A stretch of DNA of 64,000 bases from Ignisphaera sp. (GTDB lineage Archaea; Thermoproteota; Thermoprotei_A; Sulfolobales; Ignisphaeraceae). Location of the stretch: positions 151,667 through 215,666 of the forward strand of contig JAWAHS010000001.1 in NCBI GenBank assembly GCA_038889075.1, written 5' to 3'. The position numbers and the translations under genes were made by a program. The notes under the pieces are model-generated. The model ran no database searches and had not been told where the DNA came from. It was given only the letters and a program-made list of their open reading frames with translations. This document shows, one piece after another, positions 11,723 to 21,428 of this stretch (position 1 is the first letter of the stretch; each line of letters begins with the position of its first letter).

Positions 11723-12600
11723 GGTATTCTCACCTCTTCAATAAGTTGTAGTAGGGGCTGTAGAATAGCTTTATTCTCTTCTAGTGATACTGCGAGAGTT
11801 CCCCTTCCAGAGGCAAGGGCATCTCCTATAAATATGGCAAAAGGCTTCTTAAATACTCTTCCCCTTGCCCTAACCTCACCTACTATAGAGTCTATATAGA
11901 AGCTAGGTAGTATTCCTCCAATACCACCAACTATAATTATTCTACCACCGGACATTCTTGCACCAACAAAATCGCCACAGTTTCCCTGTACAATGATTAA
12001 CCCCCCAGTCATATATCCCCCAACCATATTACCAGCACTCTTTTCAACTATTATTGTACCGCCAGCCATACCCAACCCAATATACGATCCTGCATTACCA
12101 TGGATTATTATCGCACCATCCTTCATACCCTTTCCAGGCTTTTCACCAGGGAGCTTTGCTCCTATAAAGTTTCCAGCATCGCCAAATACCTCTATCGAGC
12201 CGCCTTTCATCTTAGCGCCCAGCCAGTTTCCAGCAGATCCCTTGATCACTATATTGCCTTTAGACATTTTATAGCCAGTTAAGGGACCAGCGCTACCCTC
12301 AACGATAATCCTTCCACCATCCATTTTATAGCCGAGATATCTGATCTTGCTAGTACCATCACCTAGTACTATAATTTCTATGTTTTCAGGATTCGGTGGA
12401 AGCGTGGCTGGGCTCTCAACATCGAATAAATCTTCTAAAACGGTCTCTCTACCACCCTCTATTATCTTAATGTTCTTTACATCACTATTTCTTAGACTAG
12501 CTATTCGATCAGGTCTAAGTGCCCTTAAATCTATTGGAACAGTAGGTCTAGCCTTTAGCCTTACATAAACGGATATCTTCTCCTGTGACATCCGAATCAC
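11719..12600 (-). CDS. fwdC: Formylmethanofuran dehydrogenase subunit C
   Basis: Repeated G-x-x-M-x-x-G beta-helix units; downstream of fwdA. Confidence 0.93.
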   Translation of the reverse strand: MIRMSQEKISVYVRLKARPTVPIDLRALRPDRIASLRNSDVKNIKIIEGGRETVLEDLFDVESPATLPPNPENIEIIVLGDGTSKIRYLGYKMDGGRIIVEGSAGPLTGYKMSKGNIVIKGSAGNWLGAKMKGGSIEVFGDAGNFIGAKLPGEKPGKGMKDGAIIIHGNAGSYIGLGMAGGTIIVEKSAGNMVGGYMTGGLIIVQGNCGDFVGARMSGGRIIIVGGIGGILPSFYIDSIVGEVRARGRVFKKPFAIFIGDALASGRGTLAVSLEENKAILQPLLQLIEEVRIP

Positions 12601-12601
12601 C

Positions 12602-14320
12602 CTATAGCTTAGGCTCCACTCTGATTTCCTTCAATCTCTTAATCTCATGATCTCCAATCACAAAATTTTCAAGTGAGATTGTATAGTACTGTTTAAATCT
12701 ATCCTTAAGATATGCCTCAAATTCCTTACGTATATCCTCAGAGATAGCTATGTATGGATTGACGGAATACGTCTTACCATAAACAGACTGTACTATTTCC
12801 CCCTCCTTGACTACAATCTCACCATCTTTAATAACACACCATGCTCTTTGAAATGCCTTTAGAATTTTCTCATATTCTCTACTAGGATCTATAACTCTGG
12901 GATCAATATCATATATTGCAACATCAGCATCGGCACCTACACCGAGATGCCCCTTCATAGTTTCTAGCCCTAGGAGTTTGGCAGGTGCAGCTCTAGTAAT
13001 GATGACCAGTTCATATAGTGTAATCTCTCTATCTATAGATGGAAGTACACACCTTCGTAGAGCTCTTTGGTTTACCTCCTTTAGTGTTTCATCTCGATAC
13101 TTTTTACTCATAGCCCACGCAAATATCTTTGGATAATCCGTAAATACTCCAGCATTAGGGTGATCTGTTGTTATAAAGCTCCTCCAAGGATCTCTTGATA
13201 GTAGTAGAACCTCAAGACCTATTGCCCACTGTATGGTATTTACATAACTCTTCTTACGGTATCTATATGGCACTATTCCTGAGGCTGCTTCATTCTCGAT
13301 ATCAGCATTTGCCCACTTCCACCTAGTTAAATGGTATAATATGAATTCAAAGGGAGCATCGGCTGTCATGGTAGTTGCTTCACCAAATGTTACCTGTCCA
13401 AGATCTAGTGTTACATAGGGATTTACATTAAGTTCATTGGCTATTGCTTCGCCACCGCTTTCCAACGTTGCCCACGAATCTCCTCCATATCCCGTAAATT
13501 GTACGTGTGTAATATGGATGCTATTTCTATTTCTTAGTGCAAAATTCCTTCCAAGTTTCATGGTATTTAGTGTTGTTATGTAGTTTCCTGGGAAGCCCAG
13601 TCTGTTGCAGTGTACATGTATTGTGTGAGGAAGATTTAGAGATTCATTTGCTTCGCCAGCTAGCTGTACTATATCCTTAGGTGTTAGGTTGTACCCGGGA
13701 ACCTGGTCGTCTAGGTCCAAACCTACTTTACCCATCATCCAAGCAGCATCGCTTCCTGGGTCAACAAGCTTTAGAGCATAGGCTTTTGTCGCATATAAAA
13801 GCCATGCTAGATAAGTCTTCAATAAATCTTTTCTATTCTCAGCCATAAGATCTAGAGCAAGCCAATTGGAATCAACGAGTACAAAGACCATTTTATCGAT
13901 AATTGGTATCGCATTAAGTTCGTCATGGGCATGCCTCATTTTTAGGGGTGCACATGCAGGTTCAGCAACAAGTGTATAGCCCATCATAGCATATTTATAC
14001 CCTATAGCAAAGACATTGGGTACAGTTCTGCCCGTCATGGCTCTTCTGAACGGTAGCTTACTTGGAATATTAGTTAGATAGTGGTCTTCAGGTCTCATAA
14101 GTCTTCCAGTATTGACCTTGGGTCCGGCTATATGGGAGTGTATATCTATTCCTCCAGCTAGAACTAATCTTCCACCAGCGTCTATTACCATAGCTTCAGA
14201 TTCTCTTATTCTACCTGGATCGACTATCCTACCATCTCTAATACCAATATCCATCAGCTCTCCTTTAATATCGTTAAGAGGATCTATCACAAAACCATTT
14301 TTTATAATGATGTCCACCAT
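12602..14320 (-). CDS. fwdA: Formylmethanofuran dehydrogenase subunit A
   Basis: Amidohydrolase HxH (DIHSHIAG), RPEDH, HVHCNRLG, HITHVQF, TTDHPNAG. Confidence 0.97.
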   Translation of the reverse strand: MVDIIIKNGFVIDPLNDIKGELMDIGIRDGRIVDPGRIRESEAMVIDAGGRLVLAGGIDIHSHIAGPKVNTGRLMRPEDHYLTNIPSKLPFRRAMTGRTVPNVFAIGYKYAMMGYTLVAEPACAPLKMRHAHDELNAIPIIDKMVFVLVDSNWLALDLMAENRKDLLKTYLAWLLYATKAYALKLVDPGSDAAWMMGKVGLDLDDQVPGYNLTPKDIVQLAGEANESLNLPHTIHVHCNRLGFPGNYITTLNTMKLGRNFALRNRNSIHITHVQFTGYGGDSWATLESGGEAIANELNVNPYVTLDLGQVTFGEATTMTADAPFEFILYHLTRWKWANADIENEAASGIVPYRYRKKSYVNTIQWAIGLEVLLLSRDPWRSFITTDHPNAGVFTDYPKIFAWAMSKKYRDETLKEVNQRALRRCVLPSIDREITLYELVIITRAAPAKLLGLETMKGHLGVGADADVAIYDIDPRVIDPSREYEKILKAFQRAWCVIKDGEIVVKEGEIVQSVYGKTYSVNPYIAISEDIRKEFEAYLKDRFKQYYTISLENFVIGDHEIKRLKEIRVEPKL

Positions 14321-14321
14321 T

Positions 14322-16064
14322 TTAAGTCAACCTTTTTAACTTTTTAACTCTATTGATAAGTCTGGAAAGGATTTCCGTATCGCATAGTACGCCTTTTGGA
14401 GGGTCTACAAGTCGCTTAACTTTAAGTGGGACATCATCTAACCTGTACACTGTTCCCTCACACTCTATACCGGTAACAGCAGATGGTATAAGGATGTCCG
14501 CAACACTAGCAGTTAATGACCAGAAAGGATCTATAACTATCTTTGGGATCTTCATTAGATTCTCAACTGCTTTTTGTGGGAAGTGCGCCACGGGATCGCT
14601 GGCAATTATTAAAGCCGCATCTACATCTGAATTTATGAGTAGATCTATAGTTGTTGTCACACCTGGAATCATCTTTGGAAATCCTCTTGAAAATTCTACA
14701 CCATATGGATAACCTGTTAGCCAAAGCATTGCATGATTTGAACCTGTAACATTGTAGTGACCACGCATTGGTAGAAGAGTCCACTTGGTCCACTCATTAA
14801 GTTCCTGTACAAGTCTTATAACCTCTTCAAGATTCTTGTACTTTGCACCTCCTTGTGTCAACCCCATGCCGAAGAATATAACACCGAATTTAGCTGTTTT
14901 CATAACCTCTACAAGTTTGTATACCTCCTCCCTTGGAACACCAGCTACCTTGGGACTCTCTATCTCATAGTCTCTTAGAGCCATTCTTAGGGCTGTGAAT
15001 AGCTCGTAATCTTTACCGGGCTCTATTTGTATAAAGATATCGGCAAGTTTAGCTGTATCACTCCTTCTCACATCTATCACAATGATCTTTCTCTCCTTAC
15101 GTCCCTTCACGAATTTTCCATCTGGAAGAACAACACGTCTAATGTGATTTATGTGTGCATTCATTGGATTACAGCCCCAGAACACTATGGTATCTGCTAG
15201 ATTCATGGCCATACCCAATGTAATTCGAACTGTACCCACCTCTTGAACCGCCAATACTGTTGGGCCATGACATAGCGTAGTAGTGTTATCAACAACACCA
15301 CGGGTAATTTCAGCAAGCTCTACGGCAAGCTCTGTAGCTTCTACACATGTATTCGACAGACCATAGATTAAGGGATACTTGGCATTAGCTAAAATTTCAG
15401 CTGCTCTATCTATGGCGTACTCAAGATCGACCTCTATAAAATTTCCATTCTTTACAGTTCTAATCATGGGGGTTAGAACTCTGTGTTTATAATAGTTCAT
15501 GAACTTTGCATGTCCTATTGGACAAGCATTTACGACTCTAACAGTTTTTTCACCATCTAGCTCCACGCTAAGGAAATCACATACTTCACCACAGAATGTA
15601 CATGGTACATCATGTACCACTTTTTTAATACCTGTTGTCAAGGATCTTTCTGTTATCTTGTAATTGATTTTCTCAGCTCCAAGGAATCTGAATATAGCAT
15701 CGAGCGGAGTTGCCTCCTCTGATGTAGCCTCAACATATACATCAACGTTTTTTAATGATGGCATACCGGTTCCTTCGGTTATTGGTAACGTTAGCACATT
15801 TGCCCAAGGACCCATTGGAACGAAAACTATACCTGGGGGAACGTCATTATTTGGTTTCACATTAACTACTATACTTCCATATACACTTGTAATCTTTGCA
15901 TTATTCTTTATACCCAGAGCTTCGATATCCTTAGGGTTCATCTCAGCTATAGCAACGGCCTTTCTATATCCTTCGCCAAACTTCCCCTCTATTTCCATGG
16001 AACGTCCTTGCTCTGTTGTACGGCCTGTTACTAGCTTAAACATCAGTGGCATTGTTGCAATCAC
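14322..16064 (-). CDS. fwdB: Fused formylmethanofuran dehydrogenase subunits D and B (Mo/W-bisPGD)
   Basis: First ~125 aa FwdD-like (LVTGRTTEQG...VPMGPWAN...GTGMP); then FwdB (CTFCGEVCD, Cys ligand in LCHGP, MRGHYNV); one uninterrupted ORF. Confidence 0.93.
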   Translation of the reverse strand: MIATMPLMFKLVTGRTTEQGRSMEIEGKFGEGYRKAVAIAEMNPKDIEALGIKNNAKITSVYGSIVVNVKPNNDVPPGIVFVPMGPWANVLTLPITEGTGMPSLKNVDVYVEATSEEATPLDAIFRFLGAEKINYKITERSLTTGIKKVVHDVPCTFCGEVCDFLSVELDGEKTVRVVNACPIGHAKFMNYYKHRVLTPMIRTVKNGNFIEVDLEYAIDRAAEILANAKYPLIYGLSNTCVEATELAVELAEITRGVVDNTTTLCHGPTVLAVQEVGTVRITLGMAMNLADTIVFWGCNPMNAHINHIRRVVLPDGKFVKGRKERKIIVIDVRRSDTAKLADIFIQIEPGKDYELFTALRMALRDYEIESPKVAGVPREEVYKLVEVMKTAKFGVIFFGMGLTQGGAKYKNLEEVIRLVQELNEWTKWTLLPMRGHYNVTGSNHAMLWLTGYPYGVEFSRGFPKMIPGVTTTIDLLINSDVDAALIIASDPVAHFPQKAVENLMKIPKIVIDPFWSLTASVADILIPSAVTGIECEGTVYRLDDVPLKVKRLVDPPKGVLCDTEILSRLINRVKKLKRLT

Positions 16065-16067
16065 ATT

Positions 16068-16934
16068 CTATTCCTTTTTAACAGGCTTTTCAGCCAACTT
16101 CTCTTTAAACAGAACCTCACCCTTTGTACTATGTGGTGTTCTTACAACCGTATCTCCATACTTCTCAATCTCCCTAGCCTCATCTGCTAAGAGGGCAGCA
16201 TACCTCATCATTTCATGCGCAGCTGCTACTATCGGGATGTACCTATCCGCTTCCTTGACTCTGAAGCATCCCTCAGTAGTTAAATCAGCGACATGCCGAG
16301 CAATTTCATAGGCTGCCATAGCTTTGACCTTTGCATACGGATTCCTAAACTCAGCGTATCGTACAGCAGTTTCCTTGTCGACTACAATTTTGGGTAGCTG
16401 TATGTTCGTAATACCTTTTTTAATCTGATCGATTACATTGTCGATCTCCCGTTGGAGGAGTCTGTAAACGCCTGTTATGGCCAGAACACGTATCAAATCG
16501 CCGTTGAAGAGCGTCATTTCAACGGGATCTAGAAATTCTCTCCTTGCCCCAATCATTGAATCAGCTAAAACTATTATATAGCCAAACCCCTTAGCTTCAA
16601 GGTCCTTTACAATTTTGGATGTCGGTGCATCAGATACTACAATGACATGTTTACCTTTCTCCTTAAGGGTTTCTCTAGCTTTTGTAGGTCCGGGGGTTGT
16701 TGCATTAGGGCTTACAACTAAATATATGTCGCAATCTTCCCTAAAGCCTTTTTCAGCGAGTTCTAAACCATACTTTTCGTCATACATCTTGGCCCCTGTT
16801 GTGACAACTCTAACCTCAATGTCCATCCTATCAGCTCTTTCATCAAGGATGTACTCTAGGAGAGGTGCTGAAGCGATGCAACCAAGTTTTAGAATACATA
16901 CCTTTACTGTTTTAGTTACCTCGGATTGAGACAT
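16068..16934 (-). CDS. mtd: F420-dependent methylene-H4MPT dehydrogenase
   Basis: KLGCIA...LDERADR, SPN...PGP, DSMIGARREFLDPVEM, AHEMMR. Confidence 0.96.
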   Translation of the reverse strand: MSQSEVTKTVKVCILKLGCIASAPLLEYILDERADRMDIEVRVVTTGAKMYDEKYGLELAEKGFREDCDIYLVVSPNATTPGPTKARETLKEKGKHVIVVSDAPTSKIVKDLEAKGFGYIIVLADSMIGARREFLDPVEMTLFNGDLIRVLAITGVYRLLQREIDNVIDQIKKGITNIQLPKIVVDKETAVRYAEFRNPYAKVKAMAAYEIARHVADLTTEGCFRVKEADRYIPIVAAAHEMMRYAALLADEAREIEKYGDTVVRTPHSTKGEVLFKEKLAEKPVKKE

Positions 16935-16992
16935 ATACCTTCCCTAAGAACTATTTTGTACTAAAGTACTTAAATCTTAATGATATAACATG

Positions 16993-17928
16993 TTACTGAA
17001 TTTGTATATCGATATTCTTGGTTACCTCAAGAGCCTCCCTTAGATATAGATGGTATGGCCCAAGCTTGCCACCATAATTACCCGCATCGATCTTTACCAC
17101 ACCAGGTACTGTTGAAGCAGCTCGTATTGCTACACCCATTGCAAATAATACATCCTCCTTCTTTAATCCATTTATAACAATCTCGTACACTGAATTAACC
17201 TCCTGTGGTAACTTGGAATCTTTAACAGCTCCCTTTAGTGTAGGACAGTAGAGATGGTTTGTTGTTGCTCTAAGCTTAGGATACTTTAGCGAGCCAACCT
17301 TGGAACCCGATCTCACTATACCACCTGGAAATGGTGTTATAACTCTCCTAGCGTATCTCCTTATGGCTTTAACAGCCTTCTCAGCAGCCATCAGACCAGC
17401 TTCACTACTCTTAGCTAGAATAAGAATGTTCCCCCCTGCAACACCTTTGATTACACCAAAGGAGTCCTCAATTATGAATTCACCTTCCATAACTGGAATC
17501 CTCCACACTTTCCTACCATGTAGTTCATCCTCTTTTTCAAAACCATCTCCAAATTTTGCAAGTGCGGTGCCCACACCCATTCTCCTTTTAGCCCATGGCA
17601 AACCATCGAATGCTGCTGTGGTAGGGCATGTGAGTATGGTTTGGCCAATCCGTGAAATTGTAATCATTTTAAGATTTACAGGATCTGTATGATAGAATTG
17701 AATTGCTATACCAACCCGCTTATCAGGTGTAAGTCTAGGCGATAAAAGGCATTCAATACCGGTTTCCCCAGGACTAGCAATGACAGAGGTACCGAAGCCT
17801 GTTGCAACCCGTCCAGCTATTAGTGCCCATTTACGGTTCTTAGCTGTTACAATAATTCTTGTAGCATACATTGGGAATGCTTCTGCAAAAGTATCCTCAA
17901 TTGAAGTACTTCCAATATCACGATTCAC
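16993..17928 (-). CDS. ftr: Formylmethanofuran:H4MPT formyltransferase
   Basis: IEDTFAEAF, RIGQTILTCPT, GVAGGN, PFPGGIVRSGSK, AGNYGGKLG. Confidence 0.97.
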   Translation of the reverse strand: MNRDIGSTSIEDTFAEAFPMYATRIIVTAKNRKWALIAGRVATGFGTSVIASPGETGIECLLSPRLTPDKRVGIAIQFYHTDPVNLKMITISRIGQTILTCPTTAAFDGLPWAKRRMGVGTALAKFGDGFEKEDELHGRKVWRIPVMEGEFIIEDSFGVIKGVAGGNILILAKSSEAGLMAAEKAVKAIRRYARRVITPFPGGIVRSGSKVGSLKYPKLRATTNHLYCPTLKGAVKDSKLPQEVNSVYEIVINGLKKEDVLFAMGVAIRAASTVPGVVKIDAGNYGGKLGPYHLYLREALEVTKNIDIQIQ

Positions 17929-18015
17929 ATTTCATCCCCTAAGAAATAGACCATTATTACTTATAAATTTTTAGCTCACAAGTACGTGGTGATGGATATT
18001 AAGAGGAGCTCATGA

Positions 18016-18774
18016 ATGAGGAGAATAGAGATCTATGGGCTTAGAATAGACAAGGAAATTTTACCTGGGGATAATATAGCTGAAACGTTAATTATGGCAG
18101 CAGAAAGCAATGGTATTAGGATATTGGATGGTGATATAATTGTCGTAAGTAGTAAGGTCATAGCTAAATCAGAGGGTCGAGTTGTTCCTCTGGATAGTGT
18201 GGAGCCGTCTGAGGAGGCTATGAGAATAGCTAATATAAGTAATAAGGATCCTAAACTAGTTGAATTGATATTGAGGGAATCAAAGGAAATTCTAAAAGTA
18301 GAGAGAAACAATATTATTGTGCTTACAAGACACGGTATTGTAGGAGCTAATGCAGGAATAGATCAGTCAAACACGGGAGGTACGGGAAAGGTTGTTTTGT
18401 TGCCTATAGATCCAGATGATTCAGCTAGGAAAATTCGAAGATATATTAATGATAAGCTAGGAGTTAATGTAGCAGTAATAGTATCGGACACCTACGGCAG
18501 ACCATTTAGAGAAGGACAAATCAATCTGGCAATAGGATTTGCAGGTATATGTCCGTACAGAGACTATAGGGGTCAAAGTGATAGGGATGGGTATATACTT
18601 AGAGTTAAGAATATTGCAATTGTGGATGAGATAGCAGCTGCCGCGGAGCTCGTTATGGGCCAATCAATAGAGAATACACCCTTTGCAATAGTTCGAGGAG
18701 TTGAATATGGTCGATGTGAGGAGGCCGGTTTTAAAGACATTGTAATGCCTAAAGAGCGGTGGCTGTTCAGATAA
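18016..18774 (+). CDS. cofE: Coenzyme F420-0:L-glutamate ligase
   Basis: SSKVIAKSEGR, ANAGIDQSN, LLPIDPD, SDTYGRPFREG, DEIAAAAELVMG. Confidence 0.93.
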   Translation: MRRIEIYGLRIDKEILPGDNIAETLIMAAESNGIRILDGDIIVVSSKVIAKSEGRVVPLDSVEPSEEAMRIANISNKDPKLVELILRESKEILKVERNNIIVLTRHGIVGANAGIDQSNTGGTGKVVLLPIDPDDSARKIRRYINDKLGVNVAVIVSDTYGRPFREGQINLAIGFAGICPYRDYRGQSDRDGYILRVKNIAIVDEIAAAAELVMGQSIENTPFAIVRGVEYGRCEEAGFKDIVMPKERWLFR

Positions 18775-18808
18775 ATAATCATAACATACCATATTGTGAA
18801 GCAGGGTA

Positions 18809-18833
18809 AATTTAAATACCATAGATTTAAATT
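18809..18833 (+). promoter_or_regulatory. TATA box within a 9-bp inverted repeat upstream of the FrhB-like gene
   Basis: AATTTAAAT-accatag-ATTTAAATT; includes TTTAAATA; AT-only, so it may be chance. Confidence 0.4.
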
Positions 18834-18861
18834 CTACATATGTTACAGAGATTTAATGTGA

Positions 18862-20013
18862 TTGGCTTTGAGCAATACAAAGGTAACTAATGTATCGATG
18901 AACATAGATGTAGGTCTTTGTTCATTTTGTGGGGCATGTATAGCTATCTGTCCGACGCATGTAGGTTCAAAGAACCTTGATTACATTCCAGAGAAATCTG
19001 CCGATAAACCTGTTGTTAAGGATTTCCAAAAATGTGAGAAATGTAGACACACACTATGTATGCAGATATGTCCACAGTTAAACATACCGAGTAGCTCATT
19101 TAATACAAATAGTTACGGTTACCAAGGAGCATACTATTCGAGGTCAAGGATGCAAGAAGTATTAAGTAGGGTACAGGATGGAGGGACGACCACAACACTT
19201 CTTCTTACAGCTCTAAGAGCAAAATTTGTGGACCATGTATTAATCCTTAAAAAGGATGATGAATGGTATCCTAAACCTATGATTACTCAGAGTGAAAATG
19301 ATGTTATAGAAGCAGGTGGTTCGAAATATGTTTTCTCTCCAATCCTTTCGGTTTTAGAAGAGGTTATAGATCGAATTGATATTGGTAAAGTAGCAGTTGT
19401 TGGTATTCCGTGTCAGTTGAGGGCTCTTGAAAACATTAGTAGACTTGGATTTAAACATAATAGTATCGCAGCTCTTAGAATCGGGTTATTCTGCATGCAC
19501 AGTTTTTCAAGAGATAGAATGGAATTGATACTAAAGGAGCTTGGCGTACAATTCAAAGATGTGGTAAAAATGAATATAAAGAAAGGAAAGCTATGGTTTA
19601 CACTAAGAGATGGAAGAATATTAGATTACCCATTAAGAAAAGCAGAGAAAGTACTCAGACCAGCATGTAGACAGTGTCCAGAGCTCTTTTCACCGTATGC
19701 CGATGTAAATGTGGGATCCATAGGAGCAGAGGAGAATTGGAATAGCCTATTGATTATGAATTCGAGAGGAAGAGAGCTTGTTGAAAAAGCGATTGACATG
19801 GGACTATTAGAGATTAAGCCTATGGACAATAGCGGTACTGAAACCATAGAAAAATATGTAAATAAAAAGGTTAGTGAAGCATTAAAGTATAGAGAGCTAT
19901 ATACTAAGGAGTTCCAAAATGTTCTACTCATAACTCCTACAAAGAGAGGTAGAAAATTAAATGAGATCTTAGAACACAAGTCTGGAAGAAGTATCTATCT
20001 ATCACCACTCTAG
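18862..20013 (+). CDS. F420-binding FrhB/FdhB/FpoF-family flavoprotein with N-terminal ferredoxin domain
   Basis: CSFCGACIAICP and CEKC...CMQICP; QDGGTTTTLL, GSKY, VGIPCQ, IGLFC, CRQC, DVNVGSIG. Confidence 0.9.
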   Translation: MALSNTKVTNVSMNIDVGLCSFCGACIAICPTHVGSKNLDYIPEKSADKPVVKDFQKCEKCRHTLCMQICPQLNIPSSSFNTNSYGYQGAYYSRSRMQEVLSRVQDGGTTTTLLLTALRAKFVDHVLILKKDDEWYPKPMITQSENDVIEAGGSKYVFSPILSVLEEVIDRIDIGKVAVVGIPCQLRALENISRLGFKHNSIAALRIGLFCMHSFSRDRMELILKELGVQFKDVVKMNIKKGKLWFTLRDGRILDYPLRKAEKVLRPACRQCPELFSPYADVNVGSIGAEENWNSLLIMNSRGRELVEKAIDMGLLEIKPMDNSGTETIEKYVNKKVSEALKYRELYTKEFQNVLLITPTKRGRKLNEILEHKSGRSIYLSPL

Positions 20014-20015
20014 GG

Positions 20016-20492
20016 GTGGCTACAATGGTTAAAAAGATATTTATAGACATAGCGAAATGCATTGGCTGTCATGCTTGTGAAATAGCCTGTGAAGAAACTC
20101 ATGGAAAATCGTACATATCTGTATATGAGGTTACGGACTTCCTTACAATACCATTGAAGTGCATGCATTGTGAGAAAGCACCATGTATCAGAGTATGTCC
20201 GACTAGAGCTATGAGGAGAGCTGATGGTATCGTTGTCGTTGATGATGCTAGATGCATTGGCTGTACCTCTTGTATATCAGTATGTCCATTTGGAGCACCA
20301 GAGCTCAATATGAAAGGAATTATAGAAAAGTGTGATCAATGTAGAATGCGTACTATGAAGGGTCTACTACCAGCATGTGTAGCAGTATGCCCTACGGGAG
20401 CACTAGTATTTATGGAGGAAGAGGAGTTTACCAAATTAAGAAGATTAAATGTAGTAAAAGAACTGAGTGAAAAATTAGTAGCATATCAATGA
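20016..20492 (+). CDS. Four-cluster [4Fe-4S] electron-transfer protein (HycB/HydN/CooF-like)
   Basis: CIGCHACEIAC, CMHCEKAPCIRVCP, CIGCTSCISVCPFG, KCDQC...PACVAVCP. Confidence 0.9.
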   Translation: MATMVKKIFIDIAKCIGCHACEIACEETHGKSYISVYEVTDFLTIPLKCMHCEKAPCIRVCPTRAMRRADGIVVVDDARCIGCTSCISVCPFGAPELNMKGIIEKCDQCRMRTMKGLLPACVAVCPTGALVFMEEEEFTKLRRLNVVKELSEKLVAYQ

Positions 20493-20509
20493 ATGAAAAT
20501 GAAATATAT

Positions 20510-21256
20510 CTAGAATGTGTACAGTTCATTCCAATGTTTTTCGATTGCAATTTTTAAAGCGTTGATTGCTTCTCTAGAAACTCTCCCAAGTCTATTGCCG
20601 CTACATGCAGCCGTCCTAACGCCAATTACATTAAAACCCAGACTTACACATGTGGGGATGTGCTCAGCTCTTAAACCACCAGCAATAGCTGTATATAGAC
20701 CGTTCCTATTAGCATTTAGAACAAATTCCTCTAAATATCGAAGAGGGATGTGATCAAAGGTTGATTTGCCATCCTTAATTCGTGTATCAATCATAACCCC
20801 TTGAACTTTAGCTACTTTAGCTAGGTCAATGACTTTTAGAGGCTCTAATGTACCTATACTTTTCCAATCGGCATAACTAACTAAAACAATATCAGTTTCA
20901 TTATTACAGTAGGCAATAGTTCTTCTAATCTGTGAAACTGTGGATACAGCTTTATCGTAATCGTTCATCTCTATTCCTATTTTGATGTAATCGACGTCAA
21001 GTAGAGATAGTGTGTAGGCTATATAGCTAAGGGCATGACTATATTCTCTTACATCACCTATCGCTACGCTTATCTCCTTATAGTTTTCAACGCTATTCAC
21101 AATGCTGAGGACGACGTCTAGCGATGGAAGTCCTAGGGAGCCTATAGAGGGATCTTTAACATCAATTATATCAGCACTGCTATTTATTACCTCTGGTACT
21201 TCATCTACAGTCCATATGCTGATAAGAAGTTTTGGTTTTACCCTTACAATGGACAT
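20510..21256 (-). CDS. mfnB: (5-formylfuran-3-yl)methyl phosphate synthase (methanofuran biosynthesis)
   Basis: LLIS...E...DIIDVKDPSIGSLG, SVAIGD, DYIKIG, MIDTRIKDGK, AGGL, GVRTAAC. Confidence 0.9.
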   Translation of the reverse strand: MSIVRVKPKLLISIWTVDEVPEVINSSADIIDVKDPSIGSLGLPSLDVVLSIVNSVENYKEISVAIGDVREYSHALSYIAYTLSLLDVDYIKIGIEMNDYDKAVSTVSQIRRTIAYCNNETDIVLVSYADWKSIGTLEPLKVIDLAKVAKVQGVMIDTRIKDGKSTFDHIPLRYLEEFVLNANRNGLYTAIAGGLRAEHIPTCVSLGFNVIGVRTAACSGNRLGRVSREAINALKIAIEKHWNELYTF

Positions 21257-21428
21257 ATTTCTCTTACCCTATCGTTCCTGCATGTTTAAAGATTGCTGTA
21301 GCGTTAATAAATACACCATATCAGTTGCGATTAAGGTTCAAACGTTTTAAAGCTTAAATACGTGTACTATTTAAAGCCCTGTATCTAATGCTATGAATGT
21401 CTGTGGACATCTAGAAGGTGATGCGCTA

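Noticed and set aside
14322-16064. Selenocysteine in FwdB or the hydrogenase
   Set aside because: The FwdB ligand is Cys (LCHGP) and the hydrogenase motifs are all Cys; no in-frame TGA
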